A stretch of 64,000 nucleotides of DNA from positions 17,911-81,910 of the forward strand of contig CAYLYE010000002.1 of the NCBI GenBank assembly GCA_964387325.1. Direction: 5' to 3'. The position numbers and the translations under genes were made by a program. The notes beneath the pieces are model-generated. The model was not told where the DNA came from. It saw only the letters and a program-made list of their open reading frames with translations, and searched no databases. Below are positions 35,304 to 43,903 of the stretch, in pieces. Position 1 is the stretch's first letter; the number at the start of each line of letters is the position of its first letter. The DNA is from an uncultured Planctomycetaceae bacterium (GTDB lineage: Bacteria; Planctomycetota; Planctomycetia; Pirellulales; PNKZ01).

Positions 35304-35966
35304 ATGAGCTTGAACGCTTATCGAGCGTTGGTAGAGTCGAAATGTAGGACCCACAACGATACGACCTCATGGCCGCGAATCGCCTCACTCATACTTATGT
35401 CACAGTTACCACGAGTCCGCTGCGAAGAGATCGATCACTTGTTGCGAAACGCTCAGTTACGCGACGAGTTGGAGCCGTATTGTGACGAGGCTGTGTACAG
35501 CCTCAACACCCGGCGGGTGCCAACCCCGATCGAGAACGAATTCTTAGCCAGCATGCTCGAATGGGAGCGTGCGCCGATTGTCCCCATCGCGCAGTGGTTC
35601 GCCCCTGAATTGCAACTCCCCGCGCCCGAGTCACTCGACGACGCGCACATCCATTCGCTGTTGTGGGAAACCATTCAAAAACTCTTCGATGCCGGGATCG
35701 TCCTCGATTTCACCGATCATCTCTCGGACCGCCAACTGTATACGATTATCTATCGCGACATCCTGCCTGCCCCTGAGAAGCGAATCAATCGTCGCGATAA
35801 TTTCTTGCATTGGGACTGCGCCAATTCGGCCGACGATCCGGAAACTTGGTTGCGTTACTACGCCGACGAAGAAGAGCGTCGTGAATGGCTCGAGACCGAC
35901 GACGCGCCGTTGCCGGCGGTCGAGCCGCTGCCGTATCCACGCCAGCTGCCACGACGACCGTTGTAA
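35304..35966 (+). CDS. hypothetical protein
   Basis: 220-aa ORF (alternative start Met32 at 35397). Acidic, Trp-rich ('HWDCANSADDPETWLRYYADEEERREWLE'). No domain recognised. Confidence 0.55.
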   Translation: MSLNAYRALVESKCRTHNDTTSWPRIASLILMSQLPRVRCEEIDHLLRNAQLRDELEPYCDEAVYSLNTRRVPTPIENEFLASMLEWERAPIVPIAQWFAPELQLPAPESLDDAHIHSLLWETIQKLFDAGIVLDFTDHLSDRQLYTIIYRDILPAPEKRINRRDNFLHWDCANSADDPETWLRYYADEEERREWLETDDAPLPAVEPLPYPRQLPRRPL

Positions 35967-36101
35967 AATCATGTTGAGTTCATGGAAGGTGGGTGACGGA
36001 CGGGACTTCCAGCGCAGAGGAGTGAGTGTCGCAACAACGCTCCTCCTCTGCGTTGGCCCTTGCTCCGCTTCTACAAGTCACCCCGCGGAGGTTTCTCGAT
36101 C

Positions 36102-36338
36102 GTGCGGCACGAAATCCGCCTTCCTGACTTAGGGCTCGCTGCCGTTCAGTTGAGCCTGTGGCTCGTCGACGTCGGACGGCGTGTCCGTGCAGGTGACCGC
36201 ATCGTCGAAGTGCTCGCCGACGGCATCACGGTCGATCTCAGCGCGCCAGCCACCGGAACGCTTGTCGAGCAATCTGTCTCGGAAGACGAACCGCTCGTCG
36301 TTGGACAAACCCTGGGCATCATCGAGGGTGACGAGTAA
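36102..36338 (+). CDS. stand-alone lipoyl/biotinyl-domain-like protein lacking the modifiable lysine
   Basis: The ORF track starts at TTG 36060. GTG 36102 lies 10 nt after GGAGG. The 78 aa 'HEIRLPDLGLAAVQLSLWLVDVGRRVRAGDRIVEVLADGITVDLSAPATGTLVE...VVGQTLGIIE' align to the E2 lipoyl-domain pattern. The ETDK-A lysine position reads Gly (codon 36222-36224). Confidence 0.65.
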   Translation: MRHEIRLPDLGLAAVQLSLWLVDVGRRVRAGDRIVEVLADGITVDLSAPATGTLVEQSVSEDEPLVVGQTLGIIEGDE

Positions 36339-36368
36339 TTATGCGGCGCCTACACACGCAAGCGGCGT

Positions 36369-37376
36369 TTATCGCTGAGCTTCGCTTCTCAGGCGGAGTA
36401 AGAGCTTGGCCAGATCTTTGGGCAGCGGCATCGAGTAATGGTGCATCTCGCCAGTCATCGGATGCTTAAAGCCTAGCTCGGCCGCATGCAGTGCCAGACG
36501 CGGTGCTCCGCTGCGGTCGACCATCGGCGGAGCATGCAGCGGCTGCAAGTAAACCTTCTCACCACAGACCGGGTGCCCCAACTCCGAAAGATGGATGCGG
36601 ATCTGATGCGTGCGGCCGGTTTCCAGTTGGCACTCGATGAGTGTGTAGTTTCCCAGCTTCTCGACCGGACGGATGTGCGTGACGGCATCCTTGCCCAACG
36701 AAGGGTTGGTGGTGCTGCCGCGTCGACCGTCCCCTCGATCGCGCACCAAGCGCGAGGAAATTGTTTGCGGGCCCACCTCGCCCAGCACGATCGCCAAGTA
36801 CGTCCGCTCGGTCGTGTGCTTACGAAATTGCTGGCCCAGCTCACGCTCGGCCGGGATACTCCGGGCAAAGACCATCAGGCCGCTCGTCTCGCGATCCAAC
36901 CGATGTACGGGCCGCACCGGAGGCATACGCATCGAGTTCGGCTTTTGACCTTGGCCTCGTTTGATGGGCGGTTTGGACTGCCGCTTCGACAAGATGCGAG
37001 GTAGCACATCCTCAAGCGTCGGGTTGTTGCGTCGACGCTGTGGAGACCAATCTTGCTCTTCATGGTGCCGCACGCTCGTCATGCCCGAGGGCTTCTCGAC
37101 AACCACGACGTGAGCATCGAGATAGCGCAGCTTGACGTCATCCTCGCGGGCCGGTGGCGCAATAGGGTTGGCGATCACCTTGATCACCTCACCGGGCTTG
37201 AGTCGTCGGGCTTCGTCCTGACAGAGGTTGCCGTTGACCAGCACGCGGCGTGTGCGAATGAGCTGCTGCACGTGTGACCAGGCGGGCTTGCCCGGCAGCC
37301 ACAGGCGCAAGGCCGCCGCGAGCGTCAGCCGCGCTGAGTCTTCGCCAACGCGGAACACATGTTCGTCCTGGGGCAT
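36369..37376 (-). CDS. rluD: RluA-family (RluD-type) pseudouridine synthase with N-terminal S4 domain
   Basis: The ORF runs to 37547, but Met58 (ATG 37376-37374) is the likely start. S4-like 'RLTLAAALRLWLPGK.WSHVQQLIRTRRVLVNG'. Catalytic 'HRLDRETSGLMVFAR', plus 'TGRTHQIRIHL'. Confidence 0.8.
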   Translation of the reverse strand: MPQDEHVFRVGEDSARLTLAAALRLWLPGKPAWSHVQQLIRTRRVLVNGNLCQDEARRLKPGEVIKVIANPIAPPAREDDVKLRYLDAHVVVVEKPSGMTSVRHHEEQDWSPQRRRNNPTLEDVLPRILSKRQSKPPIKRGQGQKPNSMRMPPVRPVHRLDRETSGLMVFARSIPAERELGQQFRKHTTERTYLAIVLGEVGPQTISSRLVRDRGDGRRGSTTNPSLGKDAVTHIRPVEKLGNYTLIECQLETGRTHQIRIHLSELGHPVCGEKVYLQPLHAPPMVDRSGAPRLALHAAELGFKHPMTGEMHHYSMPLPKDLAKLLLRLRSEAQR

Positions 37377-37556
37377 GCCAGCGGTTCGAGAGGAAAGGGG
37401 GGGCGAGGGTTTTGCGACCGTCACGAAAAGATCGCCAATCTGAGCGTAGTTGACCCGAGGCGTGCCGTCTAGCGGGCAAACTCGACTCAATTCGAGTTTG
37501 CAGATCGCCGCTGATCTACAATACTGTCTCCAGGCACTTCTGTTCACCTTGTAGGG

Positions 37557-38603
37557 TTGTTCTCAATGACTGATTCGATCTGGCAGCATGGCTTACGCAC
37601 CGCCCTGCGGTCGCGGACCGAGTTTCGTGGCGATGTCGAATTGCTGGCCATTCCCGCAGCGCTCGATTTTTACCTCACCGAGCTGCGCGAGCTGTTCGAT
37701 CGCCTGGGACGCAAACTCAATGACAGCGAGCTTGACCAGTTGCGGCAACTGCTGGGAACAGCCTTGGATGGGGCATTCGAGCAAGGAAGTGCCAACAAGG
37801 TCGTCGTGCATTACGCGCTCACCGCCTCGCCCGGCATGGATAAAAACCTGGCGCTGCATGTGACCACTCTGACAATCGATTTGAATGAACAATATCGTCG
37901 TTGGCTCGAGCAGCGTCAGGGGCAGCCATTCGGAGCACATCCCGACGCGCGGGTCGTGTCAATCCTGGAACAGTTGGGGACACCAGCCTCGGCGCCGGTG
38001 CTCGATGTCGGAGCAGGGACCGGTCGCAACGCGATCTACATGGCGCAGCGAGGCTTCCCGGTCGACGCTGTCGAAGCGACACCGGTCATGCTCGACAACT
38101 TGCAGGCCGCCATCACGTCGATTCATGTGCCGCTGCAAATCATCGCCGGCAACGTGCTCGACCCCGAGTTGAAATTATGCGGCGGCCATTATGCGTTGAT
38201 TTTGGCCAGCGAGGTAGCGCCCCATTTTCGCCGCGACGGCTCGTTGGAGCGTTTGATCGAGCGTTGTACGGCGGCTTTGCGATCCGACGGACGATTGGTG
38301 CTGAACCTGTTTTTGGCGCGCGACGATTACCTGCCCGACGCGCTGGCCGAGCAGCTTTCAGAAACGCTCTGGTCGACGATCTACACGCGCAGCGAGTTGC
38401 ATCGCGCCCTGCAAGGGTTGCCGCTCGTGGTCGAAAGTGACGACTCGGCCTATGAGTACGAATGGCGAAATCTGCCGCCATTCGCTTGGCCCCCGACGAG
38501 TTGGTTCGAAGCCTGGGCGCGTTGCGAAGGGCTGTTCCTCACGGTCGACTCCGCTCAATTACCGGTCGAGCTGCGGTGGGTCGTGCTCCGTAAGTCGACA
38601 TAG
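37557..38603 (+). CDS. class I SAM-dependent methyltransferase (TehB-like core) with an unassigned ~150-aa N-terminal domain
   Basis: 348 aa. Motif I 'VLDVGAGTGRNAIYMAQRG', then 'DAVE' and 'LILASEV'. The N-terminal third has no recognisable motif. Confidence 0.75.
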   Translation: MFSMTDSIWQHGLRTALRSRTEFRGDVELLAIPAALDFYLTELRELFDRLGRKLNDSELDQLRQLLGTALDGAFEQGSANKVVVHYALTASPGMDKNLALHVTTLTIDLNEQYRRWLEQRQGQPFGAHPDARVVSILEQLGTPASAPVLDVGAGTGRNAIYMAQRGFPVDAVEATPVMLDNLQAAITSIHVPLQIIAGNVLDPELKLCGGHYALILASEVAPHFRRDGSLERLIERCTAALRSDGRLVLNLFLARDDYLPDALAEQLSETLWSTIYTRSELHRALQGLPLVVESDDSAYEYEWRNLPPFAWPPTSWFEAWARCEGLFLTVDSAQLPVELRWVVLRKST

Positions 38604-38836
38604 CCGGGGCGAAACGGCCTTGAATTCAGTGCCAGCTGCTAGTCTCCGAGCGTAAGCCGAGCCGTGATGCCGATCACGACAAAAAGGAGCAGGGTGACGA
38701 CACTCACGGCTACCAACGACTCGAACATCTTTGTTAATCCTTGCGATGAAATTCCGAACAGCAGAACGACCAGCGCCTATTTTTATCGCAGCCAGGGCGA
38801 GTTGTCACCCCCGGACAGGAGCGAGCGAAGGGCCGT

Positions 38837-40918
38837 TTAGCGAGCCGCTCCTCGCCCCTCCGCGCAAACCCGCTCAAAATAGCTTTCATGCTCGCGAACC
38901 GTTCGTGGATCCAGGAACAGCGACTCGCCGGCCGTCTTGATTCGCTGCGCGAGGGCGCGTCGCGCTTCGCGATCGTGTGCCAACTGCCGGGCGATGCAAA
39001 CATAGTCAGCCGGTGAGCTGGCCAGGGTGTCTTGAATACCCAGCTCCCGATACACACCGAGCGTCCAACGTCCGCGCTGATAGGCACCCGGCAGCGAGAC
39101 GACGGGCGTGCCGACGGCGACGGTGTCGTAGACGGTATTCGCGCCGCCGCCATAGTGCAGCGTATCGAGGGCGACATCGGCGAGAGCCACGACGTTCAGA
39201 TACTCGGGGCGATCCATCCGCTCAAGCACCTGCACGCGCCGCTCGACCGCGGGGATCGACCCGCGCAGCCGCTCGATGAGTCGCGCGGTGATGCGTGGCT
39301 GGGCGTCGGCAATAATCAGCAGTCGGCCGAGCGGATCGCCGTTCATCAGCTCGCCGAGGATCGCGTCGAAGTCGGGATGGTACTTGCGCAGATTCTGTGT
39401 GCAAATGTAGAGATGCTCTTGCGCCGACCAACCATAATGGGCCCGGTCGCGGAGCCGATCAGGCAAGGCAGGGCGCTCGTAACAGGTGGGCAAAGCCTGC
39501 ATACGCACCAGCGACTCGCTGAACTGCGACGACGCCGACTCGGGCTCGATCAAGTCGCACGATACAAAGTCTTGGATGCGCGGATTGCCACTGGTGATTG
39601 GCCAGCCCCATGTGCTCGACTGTCGCGGCGCGGGCTGAAAGAACGGCAGGAAGTAGTTCGTCGAATCGGTTCCCACTTCCCAGTAGTGAAGCACGTCGAA
39701 TCGCGCGTCACGAATGGCCTGGGCGGCCTCGACTAGTTTTTCGCTCAGGACCAGATACTCGCCATCGGCAATGCGGATCATCTGCTTGAGGACGTTCGCT
39801 CCGCTGCGCGAGCAGATCACGCGCACATCGAATTTGGCGCGTGAGAGCCGCTCGGCGATACCTCCCCAGCAGCGTGCAAAGACCCCTTCATGCCCATGAG
39901 TGACGACAATCCCGACGCGCGGCTTGCCCGAATTGGGCAACAGCTCAAGAGGCTGGATCGCACTGGTGAACAGTGCTGCGTACCGCTGCATGAGTTCGCA
40001 CACCTCGTGCCCTTGATAGGCCAAGGCCATCGGGGGCTCGGCCCCGCTAGAGTGCAACGTCGCCAGATCGAGTTGCGGCGCGTCGTGTTGCAAACGCTCG
40101 ATGGTTTGCCGCAATTCGACTGGAAACCGCTCGACATACGCCCGGTGCGGAGGAATCACCTCGGCGAGCGCTGAGAGCCGCAGTTGTGCCGTCAGCGTGT
40201 CGAGTTTGTCCGTCAGGCCGCGACGGTAGCACTGCTCGGCCGTGGCTAGGTCTCCCTGCGCTTGCCAAGCCTGGGCAAGCGAGACGGCAATGTCGAGGTT
40301 CTCGGGTTTGAGTCGCTCGGCTTCGCTCAGGTGTTTGATTGCCTGGCCGAGTTCGCCCAACTCGCTGTAACTGCAACCGAGATTAAGGTGCGTGTCGGCC
40401 GAGTGGGGTTGCAATTCGAGTGCGTGGCGATAATGGTCCACCGCAGTCTTGATCCGCCCCTCCTCGCGGAGAAAGTTAGCCAAATTGAAGTGCGCGTGAG
40501 CATAGTTAGGCCGCAACTGCAGTGCGCGCCGCAACGCACCCTCGGTTTGCTCCCGGTCTCCGCGGGCTTTGAAGATCAGACTGAGGTTATAAACCGGTTC
40601 CGGAAATCGCGGCTGGAGGTGAATGGCGCGGCGGAAGCAAAGCTCGGCCTCGTCGAGTTTCCCTTGCTGACGCAATAACTCTCCTAGATTGTTGCAGATC
40701 ACGGCGTCGCGCGGTTGCAGTTCATGGGCGCGCCGCAACATAACCTCCGCCTCGGCGTGTCGTTCGGCGCGGCTGAGGATCATGCCGAGCATATGTCGTG
40801 CGTCGAAATGGTTCGGCTGTCGTTGGATCAATTCGCGACAGACACGTTCGGCGCCGACCCAATCACTGGCCTGAAAACAGCGGATCGCAGATTCAAAGGT
40901 GAGCTGAGTGGCAGTCAT
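38837..40918 (-). CDS. TPR-repeat protein with C-terminal GT41 (O-GlcNAc transferase / SPINDLY-like) domain
   Basis: 693 aa. About 7 TPR units (e.g. 'AHFNLANFLREEGRIKTAVDHYRHALELQP'). C-terminal 'PRVGIVVTHGHEG', 'YLPFFQPAPRQSSTWGWPITSG', 'DTLHYGGGANTVYDTVAVGTPVVSLPG' are typical of bacterial OGT/SPY homologs. Confidence 0.85.
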   Translation of the reverse strand: MTATQLTFESAIRCFQASDWVGAERVCRELIQRQPNHFDARHMLGMILSRAERHAEAEVMLRRAHELQPRDAVICNNLGELLRQQGKLDEAELCFRRAIHLQPRFPEPVYNLSLIFKARGDREQTEGALRRALQLRPNYAHAHFNLANFLREEGRIKTAVDHYRHALELQPHSADTHLNLGCSYSELGELGQAIKHLSEAERLKPENLDIAVSLAQAWQAQGDLATAEQCYRRGLTDKLDTLTAQLRLSALAEVIPPHRAYVERFPVELRQTIERLQHDAPQLDLATLHSSGAEPPMALAYQGHEVCELMQRYAALFTSAIQPLELLPNSGKPRVGIVVTHGHEGVFARCWGGIAERLSRAKFDVRVICSRSGANVLKQMIRIADGEYLVLSEKLVEAAQAIRDARFDVLHYWEVGTDSTNYFLPFFQPAPRQSSTWGWPITSGNPRIQDFVSCDLIEPESASSQFSESLVRMQALPTCYERPALPDRLRDRAHYGWSAQEHLYICTQNLRKYHPDFDAILGELMNGDPLGRLLIIADAQPRITARLIERLRGSIPAVERRVQVLERMDRPEYLNVVALADVALDTLHYGGGANTVYDTVAVGTPVVSLPGAYQRGRWTLGVYRELGIQDTLASSPADYVCIARQLAHDREARRALAQRIKTAGESLFLDPRTVREHESYFERVCAEGRGAAR

Positions 40919-40999
40919 CGAGATAGACAGACTCGGTACGGAAAAGAATATCGCAAAATTCTATCGTAATCACCAGGATCGGTTTTCGTCGCCGCTCAA

Positions 41000-42196
41000 C
41001 TACAGAAGTTGATCCAAAATCTGCCGCAACTCGTTGAGGTCGACCGTGAAATCGCGATCCTGATTGACGACCGGCCCGCTCAGGAGAGCATAGCGCTGGC
41101 GCAAAGCGCTCGCGAGGACCCAAAAGACATGGTTCATCGTGTCGCGCGGATGCAATTCGAGCAACGTCAACGTCTCCGGGCCGAATACAATGTTGGTCAG
41201 TCCTGAGCCGTGAGGACCGACCACGATCTGTGCCTCCGAGAGAAGCCGGACCTGATCGATGAACGGTATCGTGGCCAGTTGCACCGTTTCAAACCCGAGC
41301 GATTGCAGGCACGCGATCAGGGCGCTCTCATTGAGCACGCGGCGATTAGGAGCGTCGCCACGCGAAATATACAGACGACGATGAGGTACCGCGATAGGGA
41401 TACCGTAATACGAGTAAACTCGCTGGCGAATCCATTGCAGCTGGGCAGGCCAAAAGTCGCCGCTGGCCGGAAAGTACAACCGCTCAATCTGCCAGTGGGT
41501 TGCGTCGAACGGCAAGCGTTGCTCGTTGGGCAACCCCAGCGCCGCGAGCGACTCGTGTTGAAACGAGTTGAGTGTACGAGGAAGCAAGACCGGGACGTCG
41601 CGCAAGGCCACGTGCTGTTCGAGCCACCACAGCCGCGCAAGACTGTTGATCATCCAGTGATGGTAGTTGAACGCCCAGGGTTGTGCGAGCAGCAGCGCCG
41701 CCCCGGCCAGGGTGCGTGTCGGCGTGGGATCGCGCAGCACGACGCGCGGCGGTCGCTGTGCCAAGCCCGGCCCTCCGGCGAGGCACTGCAAGTAGGCGCC
41801 GTCGTTCAGATTTTCGAGCGACCAGTACGATTCGGAGAATACCTGCCGATCATGCGACACGACCACGAACTTCTCGCCAATGAGCCGCGCGTCGGCAAGG
41901 CAATCCAGTCGCAATTCCGACAGCGGAAACGCATGCTGGTCGCGCAACGGAGACTGCGGCATAAAAAAGAACCGCTCTCGATCGAGGTCGATCAACTCGG
42001 GGCGCGGGCAGTCGAGGTGCGGCGGCGACTCGGCACGCCAGTGTCGCGTGAGCCCGTTGGTGACCAGAAGGTCGTCGAGGCGATCGACCCGAGCGCTCGC
42101 TTGACGCAGCGCACTGATTCGCAATTCGAGCGGATTCGATGACGACATCGGACGATGGACGATCAAAGGGGAATACGACTCAGCGACACTTCTCAT
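41000..42196 (-). CDS. GT61-family glycosyltransferase (DUF563)
   Basis: 398 aa. 'FNYHHWMINSLARLWW', 'RLYISRGDAPNRRVLNE', 'QVRLLSEAQIVVGPHGSGLTNIVF' match the DUF563/GT61 signature. It lies 81 nt upstream of the GT41 gene on the same strand. Confidence 0.8.
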   Translation of the reverse strand: MRSVAESYSPLIVHRPMSSSNPLELRISALRQASARVDRLDDLLVTNGLTRHWRAESPPHLDCPRPELIDLDRERFFFMPQSPLRDQHAFPLSELRLDCLADARLIGEKFVVVSHDRQVFSESYWSLENLNDGAYLQCLAGGPGLAQRPPRVVLRDPTPTRTLAGAALLLAQPWAFNYHHWMINSLARLWWLEQHVALRDVPVLLPRTLNSFQHESLAALGLPNEQRLPFDATHWQIERLYFPASGDFWPAQLQWIRQRVYSYYGIPIAVPHRRLYISRGDAPNRRVLNESALIACLQSLGFETVQLATIPFIDQVRLLSEAQIVVGPHGSGLTNIVFGPETLTLLELHPRDTMNHVFWVLASALRQRYALLSGPVVNQDRDFTVDLNELRQILDQLL

Positions 42197-42343
42197 GTGT
42201 GCGGAGCATTAACAGTAGCTCATGTGTTCTTTCAATGCGAGAGCGGTCGAAGCGCCGAGAGGAGCAGGGGAGGGGCACAATTTTTGCGAAACCGGACAAG
42301 ATCGACCGGGGTACAATAGGCAGACCCTTTCACCGGAGGCGTT

Positions 42344-43888
42344 ATGCAAGCTGGCTTGATCTCGTTGGCAATCGTGGTGTCGCTCGCCGCTCCCAGTGTG
42401 GAGACCCCGACATTCTCGAAACATGTCGCGCCGCTTGTCTGGAAACATTGCTCCGGCTGTCATCGGCAGGGCGAAGTGGGACCTTTTTCGCTGTTGACCT
42501 ACGAGGACATGGCGAAACGGGCCGATTTTATAGTCGATATCACGTCGAGTCGACGCATGCCTCCGTGGAAGGCGGAGCCGAATTTCGGCAAGTTCCACGA
42601 CGAGCGACGGCTGAGCGATGAGGAGCTAGCGACATTGCGAGCCTGGGCGAAAGCCGGCGCGCCGCGTGGCGACGATCGAGATCTGCCCGAGCCGCCGAAG
42701 TTCACCGAGGGTTGGACGCTCGGCAAGCCGGACCTGATCTTGGAGATGCCCGAGGCATTTACTATCCCGGCCAGTGGTGCCGATATCTATCAATGCTTCG
42801 TGCTGCCGATTCCCACGAGCGAGCATCGAACGGTGGCGGCCGTCGAGTTTCGGCCAGGCAATCGGCGCGTGGTGCATCACGCCTTGCTGTTCCTCGACTC
42901 GAATGGCGCTGCGCGGAAGCGAGACGAGCGCGAGGCGGGACCGGGCTATCGCAGTTTTGGTGGCCCGGGGGTGATCCCCACCGGCGGCTTGGGTGGCTGG
43001 GCACCGGGCGCGATCCCCCGCTTCTTGCCCGAAGGGACCGGTATGTTCCTCCGCAAGGGGAGCGACCTCGTGTTGCAATTGCACTACCATCCGAGTGGCA
43101 AAGTCGAGAGCGACCGGTCGAGCGTTGGCATCTATTTTACCAAGCAGCTCGCTCCGACAATCGTGGGAGGCTTGGCCGTTCGCAGTCGACAACTCAACAT
43201 TCCGCCTGATGAGAAGCACTACCGTGTGACGGCCGAGAGCGAACCACTGCCGGTCGATGTGAACGTACTGGGCGTTGGCCCGCATATGCATTTACTTGGC
43301 CGACAAATGAAGGCCACGGCCCAAAAACCCGACGGCTCGACCGTGCCGCTCGTTTGGATCAAAGACTGGGATTTCAACTGGCAAGGGGGCTATGCCTTTG
43401 CGGAGCGCGTGCGACTCCCCAAGGGAAGTGTCATCCACGTCGAGGCTGAGTACGACAACTCGGCCGACAACCCGCACAACCCGAACTCGCCGCCGAAGCG
43501 GGTCCATTGGGGAGAGCAAACCACCGATGAGATGTGCTTGTTTAGTGTGCAATTGACGACCGACTCGGTAGCCGACCTGCGCAAGGTTGTGACGATGCGA
43601 GGCGCGAGACTGGGGGCCGCTTTGGTCGGCGGCGTCGAAGAGCAGGACCTGCCCGGTGGCGTCGCACTAGACCGCGCCGCACGCATCGAAGTGTTCGTCG
43701 ACGCCCTGCTCGATCGCGGCTTCGTCATCCCCGAACCGGCCCGCGAGTTGCTCAAGTTTTTCGACAAGGATAACGACGGTCGCCTGAGCCGCGAGGAGTA
43801 CGATCAAATCCCCATCGACGTGCGCAATCGCATCCGTGACGAGATCCGTCGTCGGATTCGAGAAGTGGCCGAGCCATCGGGCGGCTGA
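42344..43888 (+). CDS. secreted fusion: cytochrome-c-like CxxCH domain + PHM/DBH-like type II copper monooxygenase + C-terminal EF-hand
   Basis: 514 aa. Signal peptide, then 'FSKHVAPLVWKHCSGCHRQGEVGPFSL..Y' (CxxCH at 42449-42463). Copper ligand contexts: 'RVVHHALLF' (HH), 'LVLQLHYHP' (H), 'GPHMHLLG' (HxH), 'TDEMCLF' (M). EF-hand loop 'DKDNDGRLSREE' (43763-43798). GGAGG lies 5 nt upstream of the ATG. Confidence 0.8.
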   Translation: MQAGLISLAIVVSLAAPSVETPTFSKHVAPLVWKHCSGCHRQGEVGPFSLLTYEDMAKRADFIVDITSSRRMPPWKAEPNFGKFHDERRLSDEELATLRAWAKAGAPRGDDRDLPEPPKFTEGWTLGKPDLILEMPEAFTIPASGADIYQCFVLPIPTSEHRTVAAVEFRPGNRRVVHHALLFLDSNGAARKRDEREAGPGYRSFGGPGVIPTGGLGGWAPGAIPRFLPEGTGMFLRKGSDLVLQLHYHPSGKVESDRSSVGIYFTKQLAPTIVGGLAVRSRQLNIPPDEKHYRVTAESEPLPVDVNVLGVGPHMHLLGRQMKATAQKPDGSTVPLVWIKDWDFNWQGGYAFAERVRLPKGSVIHVEAEYDNSADNPHNPNSPPKRVHWGEQTTDEMCLFSVQLTTDSVADLRKVVTMRGARLGAALVGGVEEQDLPGGVALDRAARIEVFVDALLDRGFVIPEPARELLKFFDKDNDGRLSREEYDQIPIDVRNRIRDEIRRRIREVAEPSGG

Positions 43889-43903
43889 TCTTAATCTCTC
43901 CCG

